DNA of 64,000 bases from Takakia lepidozioides (Eukaryota > Plantae > Bryophyta): assembly GCA_030704615.1 (NCBI GenBank), contig CM060733.1, forward strand, positions 3,596,001 to 3,660,000, in the 5' to 3' direction. The position numbers and the translations under genes were made by a program. The notes beneath the pieces were generated by a model. It was not told where the DNA came from, ran no database searches, and worked only from the letters and a program-made list of their open reading frames with translations. This document shows positions 25,515 to 37,936 of the stretch, piece by piece (position 1 is the stretch's first letter; every line of letters starts with the position of its first letter).

Positions 25515-28500
25515 TTCTTACAACAAGGAAAAAGTACCTGTCATTATCTTAGGTAATCTAACAACTGCGCCAACAGTGCTGCTTTGAACATGATACGACA
25601 ACAATGGTAATGCATGAAAGAGGGTGATTGATGGTTAACACTTCTAGCGGGACTGGAAAATTCATCTGGATCCCATTCATTGGTGGGAATTTGCAATAAC
25701 AAAGCCTCTAGCTGAGAATATTGTTTTCTTTGCTTTTGGTTAGCTCAGTTGTAGAGAGAGCTGGTGCCACAAGAGTTTGTTACAGAAATGTGAGGTAATT
25801 ATTCTAGTCTATCAGTGGGGAATCCAGAGATTAATGAAGCGATAAAGGTGGCAGTTACTTGTCCTGCCTCAATCATAGTAACAACCATTACTTCTAGGTA
25901 CATAATTTATTGCTACACAAATTCTGTCATTGGCGCCTGCTGTGTATTATATTCTGCAGTGGAAAGCCTTGGACGGCTGCTTCTTTTTCCCTTGTTGAAC
26001 GGATGGAGTGCAACTGATCTGAGAATGTATTGCAAGAATGCAGTCTGCAATGTAGAGTCTGTATGGACAATGTAATGGTGATTCCAGCACTAGGACTGTG
26101 ATACTGGCAACTATGAAGTGCGTAGAGAAAGCAGACAGACCAACTTGGGAAGGAGAAATAAAATAGATACCACTGGACCACCTGAGGCTCCTCATGATAT
26201 ACTTAGTGCTTCAGAAAATAAATATGGATACTCTAATGCAGGGTGCACTACAATCTCAGATCCTGCTTTCCACCACTTTGAAGATGAGATTTGTTCTTGT
26301 GGTGATAGGATGTTTTCTTGGAAAGATGCTAGTGTGTAGTGACAGTGGATGGAAATCAGAGTGCTGTCCTAATTCTGGGTTTGGGTGGTGGAGCTTCTCC
26401 AAAGCTTGAAGATGGAAGTGAATACAAATTTTAATGAGCTTGATGAGAGGGGCAGCCCTGTGCACGAGTTTGTTCAGCATCTTAAATTTAGACATGTTTG
26501 TTTGTTTCTCGTGGGGTGGCTTTGGATGGAGCCCTTGATAAACTTGCATGACTATTGTCAAAAGCTAGCCTTAACCCACCAAGATCCAATCCCATGGTGG
26601 ATGCTTGAAAGTTCATATAGTGAATGTAAGAGTATGTGGGTATGTTGTTATTGGTTGATGCGGCTTGTGAAAATTGAACATCGAAGTGCAGATCCGCCAT
26701 TTTTCTTCCAGAAAAAAACAAAATACGGGATCTCTGCATGTAACACTATGGGGATGACCCACCCCTTTTTTGTGAAAAATTGAACGTAGTTCTCAGAATT
26801 CGTCGCTAGTAGTGCGGAGCAACGCGAAGCCCTAGTTCTAGCGACGACATAAGGTCGAGAGCTAGTTTAGCGTGGAGCGTGAATAGGGTGCCATAGTTCC
26901 ACGTCATCGTCGCCACATCATCGTCGTCACGCCACGTCGTCACGCCACGTCGTCGTCGCCAGCCACGTCATCGTCGTAAGCCATGTCATCGTCGTCATTT
27001 CTGTGTGTCGGTTGTAATGAACTCGCAGAGACATGTGCTACCCCAGCAGCCTTGTAGCAGGGCAGACAGCTTTACGGGAAGATCATTGAAGCAGGGTTGG
27101 AGTCATGCCAACTATCATTCTGAAGCAGGGTCGTGCCAACTATCATTCTGGACACTATTGTGGTGGACATGTATGCCAAGTGTGAAGAATGCAAAGGCAG
27201 TGTTCGACAGTATGGCTTAGCAAAATTAGTCTCTTGGAATCTGATGGTCGCAGGGTTTGCCCAGCATGGATGTGGGATGGAGGCATTGGAGACTGTACGA
27301 TGTGTAGAAGTTTGTCCATCCTACAAATGTGGGCTCTTGGCTCCTGTTACTACCATGATTTGGTATTCTTCCTAATGTTTACAAGGTTCTTGGGAGAGTC
27401 AGCTTGGTCTTAGCAGGCCGTGTTTCAATCTCTGCCTGCTTAGCTGCACCGTGGTGGTTCACACAGACCAATCCGACATTACCTGACTACAGACACAAGC
27501 AGCACACACAAGAGGTCCTTTTGGGTTGATGGTCTCCATGGGTCACAAGGTCAAGGACAATGTGGTGAGGCCACCGTCTTCTTCAAACGTTTGCCTGTTT
27601 TGCCCTCTCATCAGACTCGGCCCTGAGATGCATATTGAATTCTGTAAGTTAGCTCGTTGGGTGGATCTGTGGTGGTTTGGAGTGACTTTGACAAGTGACT
27701 GCCCGATGTGGTAGCAGGAGAGCAGGCACAATATTTTGAAGGCCGATTCTTCAAAAGACGGGACTCAGGGACAAATCTTCTTCTGGTGGGTTTTCCATGT
27801 TTTGTTGTTTGTTGCAAATCCTGCTTGACTGAGTATCCTGGCATCACTCACATAGAGATAAGGAAAGAATCTTGATAATCTCCCCAGAATGGAAGTTGGA
27901 CGCCAGTATAGTGAGTGTCTTGTTCTTCAGACTTAACAGTGGGCGTATTTGTCAGAGTAAGCAAGCACTAGCGTGTTCGGCATGACTCTTTCATGAAGAT
28001 GACAGCTTGTTCTTGGAACATGCAGGAACAGTTGGCGAATCTTGATAAGGCCACGTCTCCAAACCAGCCCTGCCACGGTGGCTTGTGGTAGTGCCAAACC
28101 TACCTCCAAACTTCCTTCACTGAAATTGTGACATATTCCCTTTCCTGGTTTTCCCTTCTTTTGTGTGTCTCCCTGCGAATTCAGCAATTGTCCTATGCAC
28201 ATGTCAGTAGTCTGTACAAAAGTTTCTTCCTTCACCCATATAGCAATGTAGGCTGGGTCCTTGTTGTCATCTGTTATTGTATTAACTCTGCAGAGTGAGA
28301 AAGAAAAGTCACAAAGTACTAAAAGAGACCAAGCTTCGAAATCAATTTTGAAGCATGAGCCATCTCTTGTTCTCAATTCTTGAATGCACCAAAGCCTTGT
28401 TGAACCAGTCAGGCATGTACAAAAGCACTACCCACATAAGACTTCTCAACTTCCTTTTCTGAGGTCAGAAGCCTCAGGTAGAAGCCCTCTGGGTCACGGC

Positions 28501-28579
28501 ACCCTCTCTTTCTCTCTCTTTCTTTACAGAAAACAACGTCTTATCAGTACGCTCTCTCTCTCTCTCTCTCATAATGTGG

Positions 28580-31500
28580 GTGCAAAACAGATAACAGAGA
28601 TGAGGAGGAGCATTGGAATGAACACTTTTCCGACCTGAGCCACTGGTGGGACAATGGAGACAAAAAGGTGAATGCCTGTTGGACTACAGAGAGAAGCAGA
28701 TGAAATTCAGATTTGGAACTACTGTAATAAGTAGGGTTGGGATGTCTGTTGGAAGAACTTCATGCCGTCAGTCCTAAATTTCCATGTTGAATTCTGCAAG
28801 TTAGCTGGTTGACTGAATCTAGTTTGGAGTGACTTTGACATGATACTGCCAATGCGATAACAGGAAAGTATCCAACAACAGGTAACAAAGATGAGGAGAG
28901 GGTGTGGAATGAATACTTTTCTGCCCCCAGTCAATGGTGGGACAACAGAGGCAAAACGTTGAATGCCTGCTAGAGAGTAGTAGACGCAATTCAGCATAGG
29001 AACTAGTGTGATTTGGGTGTTTAACTAGTGTGATTGGGTGTTTCCTCGAACAAATCTAGGCTGTCATTGTCAGCTGCTAGCAGCAAGGGCAAAGATGAAT
29101 GTATGATTTGTGCAGAGGCATGGATAGCTGAAGGAGAAGGGATAGAGTGTGGGTCCAGATATCCAAGAGGGCCAGATTTCAAGCACAAGATTACGTATGA
29201 TTTCCTATGGATCAATAGCTACAAGAAACCTGCATGCGTAGATGGTCAATTAAAGGCAGCAGCTGCAGCAGTACAGTTGATAAAATCAGGCACCTCAACC
29301 CTGACCACAGCTTCTGGAAGAGGATCAAGAGAGGGAGTCCACAATGCCTCTTCTGGCACTTCTGGACATGTGAAGATGCTTTGTGAGGCAGGCAGACTGA
29401 AGGAGGATCTACAGACTGTAAACCAAGGAGGAATTTCAGCAGATTCAGATACGTATGTCTGTCTCTTGCATAAGTGCATCAAGATGAAAGGCCTTGAAGC
29501 TGGAAAGCAGGTGCACACGAGGGGTGAAGCCCATCCACATCACGTTCGTTTGTGTTTGCAATACATGTGCGAGCCTTGGAAAAGGGGAAAGAGGTTCATG
29601 ATGACATCGTCAAATCTGGAATTGTACCAGATGTCATTCTGAACACTGCTCTAGTGGACATGTATGCCAAATGTGGGTGCATTAAGGATGCAAGGCAGTT
29701 TTCAACAATATGGCTGAACGAGATGTGGTGTCGTGGAGCGCGATGCTTGCAGGGTATGCACAGCAGGGATGTGGGGTGGAGGCTGTGGAGACCTATGAGC
29801 AAATGATGGGGGAAGGGGTGAAGCCCAACCACATCACGTTTGTGTGTGTTTGCAATGCGTGTGCAAGCCTGGCAGCTCTGGAAAAGGGCAAAGAGGCCCA
29901 CTTCAACATTGTCAGAGCTGGAATTGTACCCGATGTCATTCTGAACAATGCCCTCGTGGACATGTATGCCAAATGTTGGAGCATCAAGGATGCAAAGGCA
30001 GTGTTCAACAATATGGTTGAATGAAATGTGGTGTCGTGGAATGCGATGCTTGCAGGGTATGCACAGCAGGGGCGCGGGATGGAGGCTTTGGAGACGTGTG
30101 AGCAAATGATGGTGGAAGGGGTGAAGCCCGACCACATCAGGTCTGTGCATTTGCAAGCCTGGCAGCCCTGGAAAAGGGCAAAGTGGTGCATGGTTGCATC
30201 GCAAAAGCTGGAACTGTACCAGATGTGATTCTGAACAATACCCTTGTGGATATGTATGCAAAATGTGGGTGCATCGAGGATGCGGAGGGAGTGTTTGACA
30301 GTATGGTTGAACGAGATTTGGTGTCGTGGAGTGCGATGATTGCAGGGTATGCATAGCAAGGGCGCGTGATGGAGTCTTTGGAAACCTATGAGCAAATGAT
30401 GGGGGAAGGGGTGAAGCCCGACCACATCACGTTTGTTTCCGTTTGCAATGCCTGTGCAAGCCTGGCAGCCCTGGAAAGGGCAAAGAGGTCCATGGTGACA
30501 TAGTCAAAGCTGGAATTGTACACTGCCCTGGTGAACATGTGCACCCTGTGACAAAGCAGGTGCACACTCACATTATCCTAAGTTGCTCAATTTGTATGGT
30601 GTTCAACTGTTGCGGGCATCACCTTAGTAGTTTTGGAGCGACTGTTCCCACTGATAGTCAGGTGTCCGAGGAACTGGAATCTCCAGTGAAATATTAACAC
30701 ATCTAATGTGCCCCATTTTTCAAATATGAAGATTTCCAGAGTTCCCATGGGGTTAAGGCTTCATGAAGGCACTGCTAATGAAGGCCATTCTTCAACACAT
30801 TTCGCCCTGTTTTTCCCTCTAATCAGAATCGGCCCTAAATTTCCATGTTGAATTCTGCGAGTTAGCTGGTTGAGTGAATGTAGTTTGCAGTGACTTTGAC
30901 ATGATACTGCCAATGTGACAACATGAAACTATCCAAAAACAGGTAACAGAGATGAAGAGAAGCTGTGGAATGAATACTTCTCTGACCCCAGTCAATGGTG
31001 GGACAACCAAGGCAAAAGGTGAATGCCTGACAGATTACCAGATGTCATTCTGAACACTGCCCTGGTGGAAATGTATGTCAAATGTGCGTGCATCGAGGAA
31101 AGGGAGTGCTCGAAAGTATGGCTGAATGAGATGTGGTGTCGTGGAGTGCGATGATTGCAGGCTATGCACAACAAGGGTGCGGGATGGAGGCTTTGGAGAC
31201 CTATGAGCAAATGATGTACGAAGGGGTGAAGCCCAACCACAGACGTTTGTTTTTGCTTGCAATGCGTGTGCAAGCCTGGGAGCTCTGGAAAAGGGGAAAG
31301 AGGTCCATGGTGACATCGTCAAAGCTGGAACTGTACCAGATATCATCCTGAACACTGCCCTGGTGGACATGTATGCACGGGATGGAGGCTTTGGAGACCT
31401 ATGAGCAAATGATGTGCGAAGGGGTGAAGCCCAACCACATAACGTTTGTTTTTGTTTGTAATGCATGTGCAAGCCTGGGAGCTCTGGAAAAGGGGAAAGA

Positions 31501-34500
31501 GGTCCATGGTGACACTGTCAAAGCTGGAATTGAACCAGATGTCATCCTGAACACTGCCCTGGTGGACATGTATGCAAAATGTGTGCATTGAGGCTGGACT
31601 TGAGGGGGATGTCCCTGTGGGGACTGCCCTTGTCAGCATGTATCGCAGGTGTGAGAGTTTGACGGATGCCACCCGAGTATTTGACGTGCAATGCCCAAGC
31701 GAGATGGGCTCTCATGGACTGCTATGATTGCAGGATCTGCTCAGCATGGTCATGGTCTTTTTAACTCTTTCAGCGCATGCAAAGAGAAGGCATGAAGGCA
31801 GATATTGTCTCCTTTATTAGTGTCCTCAACGCTTGTGCTGGCCCGGAGGCTTTAGAACGGGGCAAGCAGCTCCTTGCCAGCATCATCAAAACTGAATTTG
31901 AGTCAGATGTTGGACTCGGGAATGCCCTTGTCAGTATGTATTGCAAGTGCAGGAGTGTGATGGATGCACTCAATGTGTTTGACAGAATGCCTAAGCGAGG
32001 TGTGGTCTCATGGACTGCGATGATTGGAGGATGTGCACAGAGTGGTCATGGTGAGGAGGCTTTCAAACTCTTTCGACAAATGCAAAGAGAGGGTGTGAAG
32101 CATCCCTGGAACAGGGCAAGTGGGTCCATGCCTACATTATCAAATCTGTGTGTGAGTCAGATGTCTACGTCAGGAATGCCCTCATTGATTTGTATACCAA
32201 ATGTGGGAGTGTAGAGGATGCACGGGAGGTGTTTGACAAAATTCTTAAACCAGATGTGGTCTCATGGACTGGATGATTATAGGATACGCTCCAGCATGGG
32301 CGTGGTCATGAGGCTCTCCAACTGTTTGAACTGGTGTGAAGCCAAATGAGGTCACATTTATTGGTGTTCTCTCTGCATGCAGCCATTTGGGCCTTGTAGA
32401 TGAAGGTGGTCATTATTTGCAATCCATGTGTCAAGAGCACGGCAGTACACCAACAGAAAAGCACTACACCTGCATGGTTGACCTCCTTGGCCGTGCAGGG
32501 CGCTTGGATGAAGAAGATTTCATTGCCAACATGGCACTCAAACCAGGTGCTTCAGTGTGGGGGGCCTTGCTTGGTGCCTGCAGAATCTATGGAAATGTGG
32601 AGTTAGCAGAGTGTGCTGCAGAATGTATTTTCAAGGTGGAATCACAAGATGTATACATTTGCCGTTGGAGATAGATCTCACCCACAAGCAGAGGAGATCT
32701 ATGATGCGTTAGAAAGATTGACTTGGCAGATTAAGGAGGCTGGATATGTGCCTGAGACACGCTTTGTGTTGCGTGATGTGGATCAGCAGATGAAGGAACA
32801 GACTCTTTACCACCACAGCGAAAAGCTGGCCATAGCTTTTGGGCTCATTAGCACACCCCCTAGGACCCTGTTGCTGTCGGTATATCCCGAGTGGCAGGAT
32901 CGTCTGCGTAGAGAAGTGCAGGAGGTTTGCAAAGGCGCGTCTCCTGTTAGCCAGAAACTCGGCAAGCTGAAACTTGTGAGTTCTGAGCCTCAAATATCAA
33001 ACCATCTTGAGCAAGTGTTTAGATTCTCTTTCGCCTATCAAGCCATCAGGGTTTCCTGTCTCTATGCTGCCCTCTACATTGTATACAAGACTAGGGACTG
33101 ATTGGTTGTTTTGGTGTACACTGTTTCACAAATGTCGTCAGAGGTCCGTGGTGACATTGTCAAAGCTGGAATTGCACCAGATTCATCCTGAACACTGCCC
33201 TGATGGACATATGCCAAATGTGGGTGGATCGAGGATGCGAAGGGAGTTTTCAACACTGTGGTTGAAAGAAATGTGGTGTTGTGGAACGCTATGCTTGCAG
33301 GGTATGCACAGCAGGGGCACGGGATGGAGACTTTGGAGACCTATTAGAGTGTGTGTACAGAAGCATCCAAGAGGGCCAGATTTCAAGCACAAGATTACCT
33401 ATGATTTTGTCAGTTAGCTCGTTAGCTCGGAGCAGGGATAGAGTGTGGGTCCATATTCATCCAAGAGGCCAGATTTCAAGCACAAGAGTACCTATGATTC
33501 TATGTGGATCGATAGCTACAAGAAACCTGCATGGGTAAATGGTCAACTAGAAGCCGCAGAAGCAGCGACACAATTGATAAAATCAGGCATTGCTAATCAA
33601 GGCACCTTCTTCAACACATTTCACCCAGTTTTTCCCTCACAACAAGAAAGCAGCCAAAAACAGGTAACAGAGATGAGGAGAAGCTGTGGAATGAATACTT
33701 TTCTGACCACATAACTTTTGTGTGCGTGTGCAAGCCTGGCAGCCCTGGAAAAGGGCAAAGAGGTCCATGGTTGCATCGTCAAAGCTGGAAATGTACCAAA
33801 TGTAATTCTGAACAATACCCTTGTGGACATGTATGCCAAATGTGGAGGGAGTGTTCAACAATATGGCCGAATCTGCCTGTTTTGCCCTCTCATCAGACTC
33901 AGCCCTGAGATGCATATTGAATTCTGTAAGTTAGCTTGTTGGGTGTATCTGTGGTGGTTAGGAGTGACTTTGACAAGTTACTGCCGATGTGGCAGCAGGA
34001 AAGTATCCAAAAACAGATAACATAGATGAGGAGAAGCTTGTTGACGTTTGTTTGCATTTGCAATGTGTGTGCAAGCCTGGCAGCCCTGGAAAGGTGCAAT
34101 GAGGTCCATGGTGACATCGTCAAAGCTGATTTGTACCAGATGTCATCCTGAACACAGCCCTGCTGGACATGTATGTCAAATGTGAGTGCATCGAGGATGC
34201 AAAGGGAGTTTTCGACAGTATGGCTGAAAGAACTGTGGTGTCGTGGAGGGCGATGATTGCAGGATATGCACAGCAAGGGCCGGGATGGAGGCTTCAGAGA
34301 CCTAATGATGGGGGAAGGGGTGAAGCCCGACCGCATAACGTTTGTTTGCATTTGCAATGCGTGTGCAAGCCTGGCAGCTCTGGAAAGGTGCAAAGTGTCC
34401 ATGGTGACATTGTCACGTCTGGAATTGTACCCAATGTCATTCTGAACACTGCCCTGCTGGACATGTATGTCAAATGTCGAGGATGCAAAGGGAGTGTTCA

Positions 34501-37213
34501 ACAGTATGGCTGAATGAGATGTGGTGTCGTGGAGTGCGATGATTGCAGGATATGCACAGCAAGGATGCGGGATGGAGGCTTTGGAGACCTATGAGCAATT
34601 GATGTGCGAAGGGGTGAAGCCCAACCGCAACACATTTGTTTGCGTTTGCAAGCCTAGGAGCCCTGGAAAAGGGGGAAGAGGTCCATGGTGACATCGTCAA
34701 AGCTGGATTTGTACCAGATGTCATCCTGAACACTGCCCTGGTGGACATGTATGCCAAATGTGGGTGCATGGAGGATGCAAAGGGAGTGTTCGACAATATG
34801 GCTGAATGAGATGTGGTGTCGTGGAATGCAATGATCGCAGGATATGCACAGCATGGTTGTCATAGGGAGGTCCTGCAACTATTTGAAGGAATGCAAAAGA
34901 ACGGCTTGAAGCAGTATGTGTTCTCTCTGCATGCAGCCACACTGGCCTTCTGAATGAAGGTAGACGCTACTTCGATTCCCTGATTCAAGATCATGGTGTC
35001 ACTCCGACAGTATAGCACTTTGGCTGCATGATGGACCTTCTTGGACGTGCGGGACAACTGGATGAGGCAGTGGACCTGATTAATAAAATGCCAATCAATC
35101 CAGATGTTGTGGTGTGGAAGGCCTTGTTTAGTGCCTGCAGAATCCATGACAATGTAGAGATGGATGCTCACCAAGTGTTCAACAGAATGCCTCAACGATG
35201 TTTGATCATGTGGAACATAATGTTGGCAGGATTTACCAAGCACGGGTGTGGTAGGAATGCTTTGGAGACCTATGAGCAAATGCTGCACGAAAGGGTGAAG
35301 CCCAACCACTTTGTGTTTACAATGCGTGTGCAAGCCGGGGAGCTCTGGAAAAGGGGAAAGAGGTCCATGGTGACATCGTCAAAGCTGGAACTGTACCAGA
35401 TGTCATTCTGCAAACTGCTCTGGTGGACATGTATGCCAAATGTGGGTGCATTAAGGATGCGAAGGGAGTTTTCAACACTATGGCTGAACGAGATGTGGTG
35501 CCATTGGACGCGATGCTTGCAAGGTATGCACAGCAAAAACGTGGTATGGAGGCTTTGGAGACTTATGAACAAATGATGGGAGAAGGGGTGAAGCCCGACC
35601 ACATCACGTTTGGGTGCGTTTGCAATGCGTGTGCAAGCCTGGCAGCTCTGGAAAGGGGTAAAGAGGTCCATGGCGACATCTTCAGAACTGGAATTGTACC
35701 AGATTTCATTCTGAACAATATCCTGGTGGACATGTTTGCAAAATGTGGGTGCATCTAGGACACAATGGGAGTGTTCAACACTATGGCTAAACAAGATGTG
35801 GCGTCGTGCAAGCCTGGCAGCCCTAGAGAAGGGCAAAGAGGTGCATGGGGATATCGTCAAAGCTGGAATTGTACCAAATGTCATTCTAAACACCGCCCTG
35901 GCAGCTCTGGAAAAGGGGAAAGAGGTCCATGGTGACATCTTCAGAGCTGGAATTGTGCAGCTGTCATTCTAAACAAAGCCCTGGTGGACATGTTTGCAAA
36001 ATGTGGGTGCATCTACGATGCAAAGGGAGTGTTCGACACTATGGCTGAACAAGGTGTGGTGTCGTGGAGTGCGGTGCTTGCAGGGTATGCACAGCAGGGA
36101 CGTGGGATGGAGGCTTTGGAGACCTATGAGCAAATGATGTGCGACGGGGTGAAGCCCGACCACATCACGTTTGTGTGCGTTTGCAGTACGTGTGCAAGCC
36201 TGGCAGCCCTGGAAAAGGGTGAAGAGGTGCATGGCAACATCGTCAAAGCTGGAATTGTACCAGATGTGATCCTGAACTCTTCCCTGGTGGACATGTATGC
36301 CAAATGTGGGTGCATGGAGGATGCAAAGGGAGTGTTCGACAATATGGCTGAATGAGATGTGGTGTCGTGGAATGCAATGATCGCAGGATATGCACAACAT
36401 GGTTGTCATAGGGAGGTCCTGCAACAATTTGAAGGAATGCAAAAGAACGGCTTGAAGCAGTATGTGTTCTCTCTGCATGCAGCCCCACTGGCCTTCTGAA
36501 TGAAGGTAGACGCTACTTCGATTCCCTGATTCAAGATCATGGTGTCACTCCGACAGTATAGCACTTTGGCTGCATGATGGACCTTCTTGGACGTGCGGGA
36601 CAACTGGATGAGGCAGTGGACTTGATTAATAAAATGCCAATCAATCCAGATGTTGTGGTGTGGAAGGCCTTGTTTAGTGCCTGCAGAATCCATGACAATG
36701 TAGAGATGGCTCAACGTGCGGCAATATCTATCCTCAAGTGGAATGAACAGGATGCCGCGACTTATGTTGCTATCAAACATCTATGCTCCAGCTGGCAGGT
36801 GGGTTGATACTGTAAAGGTGAGAAGAATGATGAAGGTCAGAGGGGTTGAAAAGGAGCCAGGTCGCTCTGCATCCCAGAATTAAGGAAATCCATGCTCAGC
36901 TGAGAAGATTGTCTGGGAAGATGAAGGAGGCGGGGTATGTGCCTGACAGGCGCTTTGTATTGCATGATGTGGGAAGGAGGAAAAGGAATTTTCTCTTTGC
37001 CACCACAGTGAGAAGCTGGCCATTGGTTTTGGGCTGATCAGCATGACCCCTAGGATGCCTCTCCGTCTCATCAAGAATCTTCGAGTGTGTGGTGACTGCC
37101 ACACCTCCACCAAATTCATCTCAAAGATTGTTGGCCGAGCAATTGTTGTACGGAACGCTAACCGCTTTCACCACTTTGAAGATGGGATTTGTTCTTGTGG
37201 TGATTACCGGTGA
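28580..37213 (+). pseudogene. PDF-motif + PLS-PPR + E/DYW pseudogene mosaic (unit 3), from at least two PPR donors
   Basis: ORF 29034..29642 links PRGPDFKHKITYDFLWI to the PPR N-terminus. A more divergent PPR-DYW lies at about 31590-32865 ([17 protein letters not shown]). DYW end near 37210. Confidence 0.9.
32863..32975 (+). pseudogene. Captured cytochrome P450 fragment (CYP72-clan-like I/J helix region)
   Basis: TLLLSVYPEWQDRLRREVQEVCKG...LGKLKL followed by a gtgagt donor; in frame with the DYW domain. Confidence 0.8.
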
Positions 37214-37936
37214 AAGGATGTCTTCTTGGAAAGATGCGAGTGTCTTGCTTCATTCATTGATCTGTGACTCAGCTACTCACACCATCCACCATTTCCCAAA
37301 AGTATTGACCATGATGTAATGTTGAGTGCATTTCCTGTGCCATAAATCCACAGGAAATGATAGTGGGGTCTACCCAGCATAGGTGGGAAGTCAGCCCATA
37401 ATTGCACTTGACTGAAGGGGTGATTTTTGACTGATTCTGGTGACAGTGGATGGAAATCAGAGTGTTGTCCTAATTCTGGGTTTGGGTGGTGGAGCTTCTC
37501 CAAAGCTTCAAGATGGAAGTGAATACGAATTTTAATGAGCTTGATGAGAGGGGCAGCCCTGTGCACAAGTTTGTTCAGCATCTTAAATTTGGACATGTGT
37601 TTGTTTCTCGTGGTGTGGTTTTGGATGGAGCCCTTGATGAACTTGCATGAATATTGTCAAAAGCTAGCCTTAACCCACCAAGATCCAATCCCATGGTGGA
37701 TGCTTGAAAGTTCATAGAGTGAATGTAAGGGTATTTGGGTATGTTGTTATTGATTGATGCGGCTTGTGAAAATTGAATGTTGAAATGCAGATCTGCCATT
37801 TTTCTTCCAAAAAAAAACAAAACACGGGATCTTTGCATGTACCACTGTGGGGATGACCCAGCCCTTTTTTTTGTGAAAAATTGAACATAGTTCTCAGAAT
37901 TCGTCGCTAGTAGTGCGGAGCAACGCGAAGCCCTAG

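Larger units (their letters stand above)
22041..26835 (+). mobile_element. Helentron/DINE-like element, unit 2
   Basis: Same termini as unit 1; junctions CCCTAG|TTCTAGCGACGAC at 22040/22041 and 26835/26836; shared ~570 bp 3' end. Confidence 0.75.
26836..37936 (+). mobile_element. Helentron/DINE-like element, unit 3
   Basis: Same termini; junction CCCTAG|TTCTAGCGACGGCCGAAGGTCGG at 37936/37937. Confidence 0.75.
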
